Source of the DNA: Azolla caroliniana
Taxonomy: Eukaryota > Plantae > Polypodiophyta
Length of the DNA: 64,000 nt
Assembly: GCA_043228905.1 (NCBI GenBank)
Contig: JBHGNT010000002.1
Location: 806,001 to 870,000 of the forward strand
Direction: 5' to 3'
In this document: piece by piece, positions 35,624-49,473 of the stretch
How positions within the stretch are numbered: the first letter of the stretch is position 1
Layout: each line of letters begins with the position of its first letter
The notes under the pieces: generated by a model
Seen by the model: the letters and a program-made list of their open reading frames with translations, nothing else
The model's database searches: none
What the model was told of the DNA's origin: nothing
Position numbers and translations under genes: made by a program

Positions 35624-35787
35624 ATTTCCAAAACTAGCCTTCTCCTATATGTATAGAAATAAGAAAAAAAAGATAAGCAATTCGACCAATCTAAAACAGT
35701 TAGTTCGTTCGTCTCAAGTCAAATCTCTCTTTCTGTACCTCTCTCTCCCCCCCTCGCGCAAGAGGCGAGCTTAAAGCAAAACTAGCG

Positions 35788-37209
35788 ATGGAGATCAAAC
35801 ACTCATCACCCTCATCCTTTGTTATCGAATCAAGAGATGTTGAAGAGATGCAAGCCAAATCAGGGCAATCAATGGACACCTTACTAAGCAATCTGGTGTG
35901 GCCGACAAGAACCCTAGCGCGGCCCCCCATCTCTGGTTTCTTTGTAGGGGCGGTCGCCTTGGGTGCGAGTGGACGTGTCTTTCGAGGTGTAAACCTCGAG
36001 TTCCCGGGTCTCCCGCTTAATAACTCTGTTCATGCCGAGCAATTTCTCGTCCTCAACGCCGCCCAACACGGTGAACGAGAACTTCGGGTTTTGGCTGTAT
36101 CGGCTGCCCCATGTGGGCACTGCCGACAATTCCTTCAAGAACTTAGGGGAGCCCCTGAGCTTCGGATCCTAATTGCTGATGATCCCGATCCCGCCCGTGT
36201 TAATAACCCCCAGCCACAAAGTCTTGCTTATTTCTTGCCGCATCGATTTGGACCCGGCGATGTTCTCGAGGGCGATTTCCCTCTTCTTCTCGAGCCGCAT
36301 GCGAACGGGTTGAGAATTGCATGCCATGATGATGGTGATGGTGATGGTGATGGTGATGATGATGCTCAAGATGATACCCATGAGAATGGAAATTTTGTGA
36401 GTTTGGACAAACCCGAATGCCAGGATCCGAGAGCTGATGCTACCGGTGATCTTCATGTTGATGATGATACCCACGAGAAGGGACATCTAATGAGTGTGAA
36501 CATACCCACCGAATTCGAAGAAGATTCTAGAGTTTCTACCCTCGATGTTCATGCCTCCAATGGATCTCATGTTGGTGATGCTACCCATGAGAAGGGACAT
36601 CCAGTGAATGTGAAAGAATCCAAAGCATCTCTTCTTGATACATCCAATGGATCTCGTGCTGATTATACCCATCACAAGGAAAAACTCGTGAAGGCAAATA
36701 AATGTTCCAGAGGACGTTCTCTCGATGTTGCTAATGGATCTCTTGCCAATGATGAATGGGGAAAACTCAGGGGTGAGTCCGAGCTTCAAAGTGATGCTAG
36801 CAATGAATTTCAAACCCATTATAATTCCCATGATAAGGAACAAATCACAAGGGTGAATGAACCCAAACTCAAAGACCTAAGAAATGCAGCCCTCAATGCT
36901 GCCAATGGATCTCATGCTCCCTATACGAATTCACCGGCCGGGGTCGCCCTCCTCACCAAGAATGGAAAGATATATAGTGGGTCTTATGTGGAGTCTGTGG
37001 CTTATAATCCTGGTCTGCCCCCTCTGCAATCCGCCTTAGTGGCTTTTGTTGCAAGAGATGGAGGTAGTTATGAAGATCTCGAACACGCTATCCTTGTCGA
37101 GAAGAAAGAAGCCCCAGTGCAGTTCTTTGAGATGGTCGAACTTTTGCTCAAGAAGATCTCTCCCAAATGCAAACTTCATGTCTATCATGCAACAGTGAGT
37201 AGGACTTAA
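35788..37209 (+). CDS. CDA: Cytidine deaminase (homodimeric E. coli/plant type), single exon, 473 aa with an expanded acidic linker
   Basis: ARPPISGFFVGAV, GVNLEFPGLPLNNSVHAEQ (HAE) and APCGHCRQFLQEL (PCxxC), then LPHRFGP. C-terminal pseudocatalytic domain AANGSHAPYTNSPAGVAL...YSGSYVESVAYNPGLPPLQSAL. Confidence 0.93.
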   Translation: MEIKHSSPSSFVIESRDVEEMQAKSGQSMDTLLSNLVWPTRTLARPPISGFFVGAVALGASGRVFRGVNLEFPGLPLNNSVHAEQFLVLNAAQHGERELRVLAVSAAPCGHCRQFLQELRGAPELRILIADDPDPARVNNPQPQSLAYFLPHRFGPGDVLEGDFPLLLEPHANGLRIACHDDGDGDGDGDDDAQDDTHENGNFVSLDKPECQDPRADATGDLHVDDDTHEKGHLMSVNIPTEFEEDSRVSTLDVHASNGSHVGDATHEKGHPVNVKESKASLLDTSNGSRADYTHHKEKLVKANKCSRGRSLDVANGSLANDEWGKLRGESELQSDASNEFQTHYNSHDKEQITRVNEPKLKDLRNAALNAANGSHAPYTNSPAGVALLTKNGKIYSGSYVESVAYNPGLPPLQSALVAFVARDGGSYEDLEHAILVEKKEAPVQFFEMVELLLKKISPKCKLHVYHATVSRT

Positions 37210-37550
37210 TCAATGGCTTTATCTCTTTCTTGACTTCTTTTCTTTTGGACATATTTTTCCTCAAACAAACACCACATTATGTTTACATTGTAAACTTACT
37301 TGTAAGGGTAAACACCACATTATCCTTTTTTTTCTCATCTAGTGTATATAGTCATTTTTAGTTATTTTATTTTTAAATAAAAAGATCGAATCTGAGATGG
37401 GAATGGCTTTTGTATGTCATGTCTTCTTCATATGTATGGAGTTCTTGTTTTCCTCTCTCCTTACCTGCAGAACACATCAATCTCTGGATTTGTACAGCCA
37501 AAACTTGTTTTATTGTTTATACTGCCCAAACTTAAGGTTCTTGACATTTA

Positions 37551-38491
37551 TGTACATTTTAACTGATGTGCTGCTTTTTATTTTTTATATCAAATTGAGG
37601 ATTAGAATTTGATGCTTTTCTATTTCTTTTATTGTTGATATTCCATTGGTTCTTGTATATTATCTTCTTGCCGTCAAACACAATCATTCTCTGTGATAAC
37701 AGCCAAATGCAGTACTCATTATTCTTTCATTGCCATTTTTATGTGTTTACACTTAAATCTATCGATGGGAACCACATATACTCACATGTTCAATGTAAAA
37801 CATCAAACCTGTAAATGCTGTCTTGTATGTGGGATAGCGAATCCATGCTCATACAAGCAACAACAGTGTTGGTCTGCCTTGAGGATCAAGTATCCTGCAG
37901 AGTCTGCCTCAGCTTATCATTTGGGCACCATGTCCATTGCCATCTTCTTTGGAGGATTGCAGAGCACACAGGTTACAGTAAAATATCAAGAAAATGAAAG
38001 TGTTATAGATGGAAACATGTGTACATTTTAACTTATGTGCTGCTTTTTATATTTTATATCAAACTGAGGATTAGATTTGATGCTTTTCTATTTCTTTTAT
38101 AGTCGATATTCCATTGGTTCTTGTATGTTGTCTTCTTGTCTTCAAATACAATCATTCTCTGTGATTACAGCCAAATGCAGTACGCATTACTCTTTCATTG
38201 CCATTTTTTAATGTTTGCACTTATATCTATCAATGAGAACCACATAAATTACTCACATGTTCAATGTAAAACATCAAACCTGTAAATGCTGTCTTGTAAG
38301 TAGGATAGCGAATCCATGCTCATACAAGCAAAAACAGGGTTGGCCTGCCTTGAGGATCAAGTATCATGTAGAGTCTGCCTAGGCTTATCATAGGGCACCA
38401 TGTCCATTACCATCTTCTTTAGAGGAGTGTGGAGCACACAGGTTGCAGTAAAATATCAAGAAAATGAAAGTATTATAGATGGAAACATGTG
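37551..38491. repeat. Tandem duplication, 2 x ~470 bp, downstream of CDA
   Basis: 37551-38021 aligns with 38020-38491, with scattered substitutions. Confidence 0.92.
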
Positions 38492-39249
38492 AATCTTTGG
38501 CAGGAAATGAAAGAAAATTGCGTTGTGAACCCTAGCATAATTAGTCAGGAATCACCTGAAGTCTGTCTTAAACAAAATGTCTTATTTCTCTAACCCAAGT
38601 AGCAACCTTAGCTAAAAGTATCATGAACACCTTTGAAGAATTTACAAGGTGATTTTGTACCACTGTACATTAAACAAGGTGATTTTGAAGTACGATCAAT
38701 CTTGGGACCATGATTTTACTGTTGAAATTTTTGTTTGGCATATTTGTCTTTATTCATGATCAATAGCTTATTGTCTAGCAGAACTTATTTTGGCATCTGT
38801 GTTTCTCTTTAGCTTCTTAACATGGGGCTGTGAACATGGTTGATAGAGCTCAGAAATTGTTTTCACGTGTGTTTTCGTCTTTGAGACAATAAGAAGGGGC
38901 TAGATAATGGTTGGTGGAGCTTGAGCTCTATTAAACTGAAAAAGTAGTAGCATTATTAAGATACTTGCAAATCTTTCTGATATTTATTCTCTTCTTGACT
39001 TTTGAAACTAGGATAGGATTAGTAGTTTTTGATTATTTTGTGTGATTTTTAAGCAGCGTTTCAAAAAGGCAACTATTTTATCACTTGTGTAAATACGTCA
39101 ATAATTGTAGCCTTTTGTAAGAATATCAAAGCCTAGTTGTGAAGAATGTGGCACATGCTCTACAATTTAGAATTAGCATGTGATTATATGATAATTGTCC
39201 CCATGGCAACTTATTATTATCTGCGTTGGCACAATGAGGCTTTGTTATT

Positions 39250-40330
39250 TTGCAAACGTATAATAAGAGAGCCATACACCAATAGAAAGAGAACTCAAAT
39301 TCATCTCTTTTGGAATTTTTTTAAAGCCCTTACAAATTGCCTATCGAATAGGGCTAAATGTATAAGAATATGTTTAAATGGACAATATAGTGTGTAGAGA
39401 ATGACACTATTAAACATAATTCACTAATTGCTCAAAGAGGAATTGTATCACTTTTCTCCTAAATGAATTCTTTGGAATACCCAATGTACAAAATCTATCT
39501 ACACACTATTGGATTGCATTCATGTTTGCTCAACTAATGAATGTACCACATTTTAATTTTGAACAACCTTCATGTTTTCTTCCTCGGAAAGAATTTTGCT
39601 ATTGAATGGTTTTCATTCTTGTTTATTATTGAGATGGAACATCCACTATCAAGAATATATGTCTTGGATTAACTTACTATGTACAATATTTGTGTTTGCT
39701 TCTCAAATAAGTTTGATTATGTATATTATGAAGGGCATTCATGTTTGCTTCCGAGATAGATTAGTTACCATGTACTCTATTTGAAGGCCAATATGTGTTT
39801 CATGCTTTGAGATAGGTCACTCCACCAACACCCAATATTGCATGCAACCACCATAGGGATTTTGGAATGAATCTCATTTCAGTATCTTGTCAATTGTGGA
39901 ATGATGGATATTGTTTGTGATAAGGAAATTTATGAATATTCATGTTTGAGTAGATAGGATTGATCTATCCATACACTATGATTGATATACATCATGGTCA
40001 TTTGATCTATAGAACCAATATAATGAGTTGTGTTCATTAGAGGTGATTAGCCATAATCGACATCATGGTTCCTATTGATTGTTTTGACCATGTACGTGAT
40101 CATTTAACACAATAAGAGAGTGATGATTTGGTGTGGTTGTATGTGAATTGAAGTTTGCACTTGAGCTCTCAAATTTACCAACATTCTTTCTCCTAGAATT
40201 GGATCGCCTTGGGACAAGAATATAGTTCTGACCCAAACAATTGATTAATACTATACTTAATGCTAAGTGATTTGATTACGAAAACAATTAATCACTACTT
40301 GTGATTGAGCATCCACTCTTGAGGGGGAGA
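39250..40330 (+). pseudogene. Very old Copia RT/RNase H relic
   Basis: Faint motif remnants (LKALY-like near 39320, CT-DI-FA-like near 39680) in the expected order, then PPT-like TTGAGGGGGAG at 40319-40329. No long ORF. Confidence 0.35.
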
Positions 40331-42464
40331 AAAACATACGATGAACAATTGAAAATGCAAACACTATTTACTTATCATGATTTTCTAATGAATATTTCAA
40401 TGGAAAACATGAATAAGAAAATAACGAGGTTTGTGTCACGGATGTTGGGTGATGACCAACACACGAGATGAGCTACAAATAATATAGCACAAAAAAGATA
40501 GAAATGAAGAAACGATAGCAATGAAGAGGAAGATGATGTTAGATTAAGATAGAACCCAATGCACTCCATAATTGCTTTTGACCTTCTAGAGAACTAAAGT
40601 ATGCAAAATGTGGGCGATGAATGTGTGCTATCTTGCACTTCTTTATGCAAAAATGCATACAAATCACCTTATGGCCACTCTTCTAATGTTATGTAAAGCA
40701 TGTTAAGAAATATAAACTATTATATATTAATTTCTAACATCATGCAAGTCGCTAAACTATTATACATTAATGTCTAACATCATTTCCGTCGCGATATCAT
40801 CCTCTCCTTTATCATCAACTTCTAGATGGAGCGGATTTATAGGGGTAACAATGGTGAAAATCATGAACTACGTCAAACACGTTGCAAAGGTGGTTCGCTA
40901 GGTTCCATGTGTTTAGGTTTTATGATGTAGAGTAACCTTTCCATGACACAAGACAACAAAGCGATTGGCCCAAGACCCTTTCATAGTCAATGATTTAGTG
41001 TACCTCGAAAGTTTTTCTAGGGACGGAGGGGTGCAACGAGTTAGCAATCAAGTGCACACACAAATCAATATGTACAAACCCATGCATGCTACACACAATT
41101 GCATGTGCACCCACACTCATGTATATCAATTGTCACACACACACAAAAAATTAAGTAACGATATGACAAAATGTTTTCTTGTATAAATTGAAGACAATGA
41201 TTCGTCAAAAGTGTGATTACATTCGGTGAGCACAAATTGCTAGATCAAATCATTGCCCCAATATACCTAATAAATTATATCAACCTGAGTTTCACTTGGC
41301 ATACACAAATCACTAGATCTAGATTGAACTCAAGTTATATCAATCCTCTCTAGGACACCAAAGGTGGGAACCCCATATATGTATATCTAAGTATGCAAGA
41401 GGTAGGGCATGAAAGGGTGCCACCTCACGACTCTCTATGCAAAACATGCAACAAACATTACTATGCATCCAAACCACCCTGGCATTGCTAAAGTATTACA
41501 ACATGTGAGCCAACATAAAGTATTGCATACAATGTCTTACATCATGTAGCTTGTGATAGTTTGTAGGCGGTTCTTCCTTAGCTCATCCTATGAAAAGTCG
41601 TGGGAGCTTATGAAAAGCTCACCATTAACTTTGGTTGGTGGTTTGAATCCCCGACATGGCTACCAAAGATGTAGCGTCTACAAGGGAATCGGTTGGTATA
41701 TTTGTTTATCCGACACAACTTTTGTATTTCTTATGATTTTATAATACCAAGGTGTATCTTTTTGGGAAAAAAAAGTATCCTTATCAAAGGATACTTCTTA
41801 CTCGAGTGTTCTTATAAAGAAGCACCTTGACATTGGTTGGGGAGAGGGGGGAATATACCATTGTCTTTCACTTGGTGAGACCAATGAGAGAAATACTCAA
41901 TCTTTCTTCGTTGATTGATGTGTAAGATAATTATCAAAGCAAACTCTAATGTCACCCCATGATTTAATCACTTGTGCAAAGACAAGACATTACCACATAA
42001 CCACAAAGAGACTTTGTCATGTTTCTACACACTCAATAGCATAAATCATCAAGTTGGTGTACCTTAAATTAGTCCACAACATAACGACAAGTTTGAATTA
42101 TCGCAAATATGAGACATATGGATATAATTAAGAAAATGATTAGAGAGAGAGAGAGGGATGCAACCTTACGCTCTAGTCATAGGGAGATATATTAAACGAG
42201 GAATAACCCTCATGAAATGTTTATAGTTTTCACCTTAATTATTCATTATTAATCAACAATGCAACTATGTATGTCCCTTTCAAACTTGGGAGGGTCTAAC
42301 GATCTATAAGCATAAAATTTATACACTATTACAATGTTAAGCTCTCTCTCTCTCTCTCAACTTGCTTCTACAAGGATTCTTCATTATATCCCTGGACCAT
42401 AACAACTTAGAGACGAGACATTTTGTTTATACTTAGCAATTGAGGGGGTTGCGGAGGTGGAGAA

Positions 42465-42870
42465 TTGAAGGGGATCGTGATGGGAATCTTAAGTCATGAA
42501 CATCCATTTGTTTTTGGTCTACCTTGGGTTGAGCTTCATAATCTAAAGTTTGACTGGGAAAAGAGAGACATCAAAGAATTACTCATTCGAGAAGTTAAAA
42601 AGTCTTCGAAAAATGCTACTCCTGAGTCATGCACCTTGATAATTTCATATATGCAATCTCATCAGGTCTCAATTATTTTGCCAGAGAGGGTACATAAAGA
42701 AGGTGAAAAAGAGAAAATATTTATATTTTGTAGTTTCAGCGACAATGTCTCTTAGCTCGCAAAAACGAAGGCCCCACTATTTGCTAAGTATCAAGGAATT
42801 TGCAGACGTTTGGGATAAGGTGAAGGAAGGCTAGTATGCTTTTGAAGCATCAAATTTATGATATTCCTAC
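42465..42870 (+). pseudogene. Relic of a Gypsy (family F-like) protease/RT junction upstream of CDT1
   Basis: HEHPFVFGLPWVELHNLKFDW matches PEHPIVLGLPWFELHNPDIDW of element F; ADVWDKVK near 42803 matches ADVFDKVQ. Confidence 0.75.
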
Positions 42871-43583
42871 CAATAGTTTTCGTTAAGTGGACAAGGGGTA
42901 GAATGTTTTAACTGTGAGTCTTAGTCACCTTAAAATGCATCATCGATGGGACGGCCAGGTGGGTGGGCAGTTGTTAAAAGTTTATGATTGATGAGCCTTG
43001 GAAAAAGAAGGATCCTTTATATCTAGTGTCCGACCGATCGAAAGACAACATCTCTCTTAGGAGGCCATATAAGGCATCACGGCAGGAAACTCTTCGGATG
43101 CATGAAAATGAGGGTCTCTTTAGATGCTTGAAAACTAGGGTTTCATCACCTTAATTTAGCAAACCCTCTCTCAAGCTAAAAAAGAAACGAACGTTTCTTT
43201 TCTTGTTTGTGACCGTTGAAGCTCTACTACTACTAACCCTACCCTAATAAGCCTATATATATAGCCTCATCACCTCGTTCCTCATTTGGACACCCCACAG
43301 TATTTTCCCGCCTTCTATTAAAACAAAAGCGCGCGAAAAAGGCCCTTTCTCATTTCTGCATTTTCTCTGTTCCGCTACCGATCTCTTTCTTTCTTTCTTT
43401 CTTTCTCTCTCTGTGTAATTTTTTTCTTCTACAATCTCTGTCTTCTCTTCCATATCTTTGGTGTACAATACAATACAATCCCCCTCCTTCTCTTCCTCTG
43501 TATTTTATATTCTTTAATACTCTCTCATTCTCTTCCCCCCGCACCTTTCTTTTCTCTTTCCTGTATTTGTTTTCCATAAACAG

Positions 43584-46500
43584 ATGGACAGAGGAAGAAG
43601 GCATGACATCGTTGACATAGATCCTCAAAGAAGAGGAGTCCTCAATTTTCGTAGCTCTAAACAACTCCAATTCTCTTCTGTTGGTGAAGATATAAAGAAA
43701 CAACATAACCCATCGTCATCATCAAGGTAAGCCATATCTTTTGGTTTCTTCTACACACGTTTCTATCAATTCGTTGGAATTCATATTTATTTCCTCCATA
43801 TTTTTTATGGTATAGATCTGAAGATAAGAGCTTGCAATGGCCATCTTTGAGACCCCATCAAAAGGATCAAGAAGTTACTCTTCCTGAGAGGTTCTTTCTC
43901 CAAAGGCCCATCCATTTTATTTATTGTTAACGTTTTTGAATTTTCTATGCCAGCCAACCCTTTATTATGTGAATTCTTTGATTTTGTCTAGATCTAGAAA
44001 TTTCTTCCCACTATCTTGATTTGACGTGTAGCTGTTTTGAGTTTCTAGATCTAAAAACTCTTGTTTTCTTTCTATGTTTCAAGAGTTTCTAGATATAGAA
44101 ATTTTTCGCCATGATCTCGATAGTTTGTGTAGCTATTTTGAGTGGTTGTCATCACTCTGTCTGGTTTCAGAGTTCAACCTAGTTCTTCCATAATCCCAAA
44201 TTAGGGACTCTTTGTATTTCTGTTAAGGTATCGTCATTGTATTGTTGTATTTGCTTGCGCGAAAATTCATCTTGATGGGTTGTTCCCATGGAGTTTTGTC
44301 TTGAAAAACTCATGAGCACTATCGGATTCATATAAGATCCAGCATTTTGTCAAATTTCCATATCTAAGTCACCTTTACTAACACAAACATGCTAAATTCA
44401 CTGAATTTAACTTAATTATTGAGCAGATTGCAGCTTCTAGAGGAGTTCTACTTTGCCATTGAAGCATCCGTCAGTCTTCTTAACATCCGGCGAGCGACAT
44501 GCTCCTTCTCTGCAGTCTCAAAATCTGTTGAGAGCTCTACTCAGAGGTAAAAGACTGCCTATACATTCTCTCACTATTCTCGGTGCAGGATTGTAGGTGA
44601 GAGACTAGCCTGTGTTTGTTAAGACACAAAATTTCTTTGTTTTAGCATGATCATGTATGGTGAGAGACTAGCCATGCTCTAACCATGTTCAATAAGAGGT
44701 TATACACTTCCATTTTCATCTTTGGGATTAGAATATACATCTTTTTGCCATATTTGGGAAGAGATTGATCTCTCCCTATATATGTTAGGAAAGATTTTAT
44801 GTATTCTTTAAACATTTTCCGAAGACATTATTTTACGCGTTTATTTAGAGACTAACACATTCTCTATCCAGATGACTATGATTTAATATTACATCAGAAC
44901 ATGCATTGGTTAGCCTCATTTGATAAGCGATTATCCACATACTCTCTTCTCACTAGTTTTGTTTTCTCTCAATCCAGGCGATTCCTCAGCAATCATTTGG
45001 CTCAGATAAAACACATCTTTCCGGAAGCTCTAAAGTTGGAAGAATTCACTTCATGGAATTCCGAGGTGCAGTGTTTCCAGAAAGATATGCGAATAAAACT
45101 TCTTCCGATCTCGATGAATACTAATGAAGGTCTCGAGCCAGAGACAAAAAGTGCTTCAAAGGCCTGTGAAATGGTGGCAAGAAGAAAAGAATTCCATCGG
45201 CGATTGGTCGAGTTTGCAAAGTCACATCCCAAGGTTAGTTTGCATACTGCATTAATTGAGAAAATTCTGTTGAGCAACAAATCGGACTTTTACATGTCCT
45301 CCTTGAGAAGGATACGAAATCCCTTCCCAAAACTGTGTATAAGTAGAGAGGCAATTGCATATCACTTCTGTGACATGTTAGTGTTCAATCTACAGAATTG
45401 TCGATTACATTAGTGATGAAGTGGTTTATTGTTATAACATGTAGGGTGATACTGATGTTCCTGAGGCTGATCTTCACAGCAAGTCGTGTTCCTTAGATGA
45501 GAGTGATGATGATATTGAGATAGGTGTGGGAGAAGATGAAGAAGAAACTACTGCCATTATATCACACACTGCTTTTGATCCTTCTCAGCTTAAAAAGTTT
45601 CCTCGTTCCCCATCAAAGGTCATACAAAATCGCCATGTCCCCACACCTTCCCTTTCGCATCTCCCTTCAACATTCAAGAGACATTTCTCGGCAAGAAGTA
45701 TGAACGCGGTCTCAAGCTCCGAGGCGATCCTCGAGGCTATGGCCAAGAATGAAGAAATCGCGAAAGTAGAAGTTAATGAGGATAATGATTCATCCCCGGA
45801 TCCTGGCTCAAATGCTTCTGTTGCTACCTGCACACCTCAGAAGCGTTCATTGCAATTATTACCATCTACACCAAAGAAAGAAGTCAGGATACAGACCGAG
45901 GAGATCATTATGTCTCCTCCTAATCGGGTGTTCATCAATGCATCTACACCAAAGAAGGAAGTCAAGATACAGACTGAGGAGATCATTATGTCTCCTCCTA
46001 ATCGGGTGTTCATCAATGCATCGAAATGTCACACCCCGACACAAACTCCTTGCTCCATTCTCGGTAACCCATTCGCCTCACCTAATTGCTCCACACCTTA
46101 TCAAGAAATTTCTACACCTTCGATGTCTGCTTTGGCATCGCCACCACCATGTGGAACTTCAAAGGGTCCTCCCCCTCAAAGTGCTCCTGGGAAGAAACAA
46201 AGGCAAGCTGTCATCAAATCTTTACGATTTGGTGTACCATCGAAGAGTGGTGTTACCCTAGATAATGCTGAAGATTATGATGGGTCTCAACGAATTGAGA
46301 CACAAAAAGATGAAGAAAAACTCCAAGAATCAAAGGAGTTTACAAGCCCAAAAAGATTGCAAACTGCAGCCAGCATTGCTTCAGTAATGAAATCAAGGCG
46401 TCAAGCAATCAACAGATTGTTGCCATTTGATTCTCCGAAGAAAATATCAAATGCGTCCCTTGGTTCGCCGAATGCATCGAATGTTTCCTTTGGTTCACCC

Positions 46501-47463
46501 AAAAGGTTGCGACATTCTGGGCTCAAAGATGTGCTAACGCCCTCACCGAAACGTCGAAAGATCTCAACTGTCCCGGATACTGTGGTGTGTCACCAACTAA
46601 AGGCAGCCACTTGTTCCAATCAGATTGCAACGGAGGATAAATATATTGCTGACTATCGGTTATCTTCATCTGATATGGATATGCTACAATGCTTACCCAA
46701 AGAGCTTCTTGATAATGTGAGTTAGTGATTTCCAGTCTAGTGACTATAATTAGCATGGAGTAATCCCAAACCTGTGTTTTTGATGGAATGGTGCTAATGA
46801 ATGTGTTCTGGATTTTTGTGTCTCCACAGGTTCAAGCTAAAGAAAGGAAGCTAATCATGGATAGCCAAAATGGGTTGGAGGAATCCAGGAGAAGGAAACA
46901 AATGATAGCGGGGTTACCGAGACTTTTCAATGCTGTGAGACTTATTTTCCAGTCAGCCAACCGAACTGTTTTCACATGCAAAGATCTAATTCGCATGGTT
47001 GTATCAGCCCATCCTGATATTATAGACCAAGGTAGAGTATCTATTTGTTCGTATTCAACTGATTTCGTTTGCAGACCAATTTAATTAGCATCTTTCTATG
47101 TGATATACATACACTCCCATAGATGGACTTTAGTCTCGGTATAGGAATAAATGTTTGGAATTCCGAAATCCTGCATAAATCTCAGAATAGGAATAAATGA
47201 ATCTTATGTTTATTTTTGTGCAGGCGAAATCATTGAACAGTTACAGTTGCTATTGGATTTTGCCCCTCAGTGGATATCTGCAAATCCTTCATCCACTGGT
47301 GAATTTATATACAGGTAGCAATCGATACATATTTATACATAATTAGCAGTGGATTCGTCTCCCTTATATGTTTTTGCTGATGGGAGTTCAATCTGTTTTC
47401 ATCAGGATCGATAAAAGTGCCGATATGAGGAATGTGTCGAAGATCCTTTCCCAAGCAATGTGA
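43584..47463 (+). CDS. CDT1: DNA replication licensing factor CDT1, 8 exons, about 738 aa
   Basis: Exons 43584-43726, 43816-43890, 44427-44546, 44978-45233, 45445-46716, 46830-47031, 47224-47314 and 47406-47463, all GT-AG and in frame. LPER...EEF, RRFLSNHLAQIKHIFPEA, RRKEFHRRLVEF, C-terminal LPRLFNAVRLIF and EQLQLLLDFAPQWI; many CDK sites. Confidence 0.9.
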
Positions 47464-48408
47464 TTGATGCTTAATGGTGGCAGCGCAGGGTTGAAGACTG
47501 AGGTTTAGGATTCGGAGTTTTCATCTCCAATCCAAATTTAATCCATAACCAAAAACACTGAGAAAAAATAAACCCGTACTACCAAATGACGTGTGAGGAC
47601 ACACTTAATTAATCAGAACACCTTTGAAATTGCTTGTTTTGAGCAGAATAAAGATAAGTTACTAAACGCTAATGCAAATTTGTTTTTTTCCTGTGATGGG
47701 TTAACCTAATCTTGTATGTCGTGAACAGGAGAGAGAGAGAGAGAGGGAGGGAGGAGCGAGGGCCCCATGACGTGTGATAACAGAAATATTTCTTTCTTCT
47801 GTTGGAATTGAAGCATAATAATCATGTGTTTTTGTTTTTTAGATTGATCAGGAAATCCCACCTTGAATGATATGTGAGGGAACGGTTCCATCTATTAAGC
47901 CCATCTCTATGTGGCCTGGTGCTTATTAAATTGAGAGCTTAAGCGTTTCGTGGACACACAATACAGGGACGGAGGTGTTTTGGGCGTGATGGATAGATAT
48001 GGAGATGGGACTGCAGATTCATTCATTCATTTCACATGATCTTTCTTAATCCAGTAAAATGGTCTCAGAAGAAAGGACACAAGTGTACAGAACCATGCAG
48101 TCAGTAGTAGTAGGTGTGTTGGCTTAGTTAGTTTAGGAGTTTGCCTCAAAACTAACTCACCAAATTACCAAATCACCAAATTACCCTTGAACCAGGGAAT
48201 CTCACTGTACTTTTTTTCCATGTGGGGTGTTTACCACCATTCTACCCTAGGCTTTACCTGTTGTAGCTTGAGTTCTCTTTCACTCATCGGCATACAACAT
48301 CAAATGATGGTGCACACCAACTAATGTCTCTTACCTGTTTCTACAAGTTCTTGCTAAGAACATATATACCTTGTCTTTTACGGAAAGAAGGGTTGTTTAA
48401 TAAACCAT

Positions 48409-48734
48409 ATGGTTGACCTCAATCGACGTTTATCTTGAGCTAATTTGAGTCCACTACTAGTACGAAAATGGAGTGAGGTTTACTAAATAAATTCATAGTA
48501 ATGGAAGGCTGTGGTTGTGGTGTAAGTTGTATTTAAGCCCTTGTTCCCCACCAATCAAGCACTGCCAATGGTTGACCTCAATCGACGTTTATCTTGAGCT
48601 AATTTGAGTCCACTACTACTCGTACGAAAATGGAGTGAGGTTTACTAAATAAATTCATAGTAATGGAAGGTTGTGGTTGTGGTGTACGTTGTATTTAAGC
48701 CCTTGTTCCCCACCAATCAAGCACTGCCAATGGT
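48409..48734. repeat. Tandem duplication, 2 x ~159 bp
   Basis: Units start at 48409 and 48568; ATGGT microhomology. Confidence 0.93.
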
Positions 48735-49473
48735 ATGCTAGAACATCGTCTATTTTACTAGCCACATTGGGAATTTTGGGTCATATTGTGTACAAGTTTG
48801 TGAATTATGTGATTTCTTATTGGATTGATCTTTCGAGCACCATTGTTAGCAATGCTAATTTTTTTTAAGGTGCCATAAATTAGGCAAATTGGAAAATACA
48901 TGTAGTGACACTTGGCAAACCAACACACAACAATAAAATATCAGTGTAAAAAATACTGCAATATGTCAAATTTCATTAGAAGCTACGCTTTTCCTAGATT
49001 AGGGCCATGATGGTATGAGGGATGGTAGTATAGATCAAGATATTATAAAGTCAATGCAATAATTCAATAAAGTTTAGATCAACATCAATGCAATAATTTG
49101 ATTAAGTTGAGATCCAAGTATCTTTAGGAGAGGTCAACCATACACTCTCACAATTCTGTTGTCAAGTCATTTGTTGGTGATAGTTCACCACAAACTATCG
49201 AGTTGTCAATTGTAGACGACCGACTTTTATGAACCCATATATGTTGGCATGTGTATTAAGGGACTACTTTTTATGAGCCTTCATGCGTAGTAGAAAATTC
49301 AAGACTCTTTTTTGCCTTGATTTATTATACCAAAATGCAACGTTAATGAAAAGCATCACACCACATAATTTTGCTTCATAACTATCACAAAATTAATACG
49401 CTTATAGTTGGACAATATTTGTACTACTTTGGGATAACAATCTCTCCATTCAAACACAATATTAATTTGCAAT

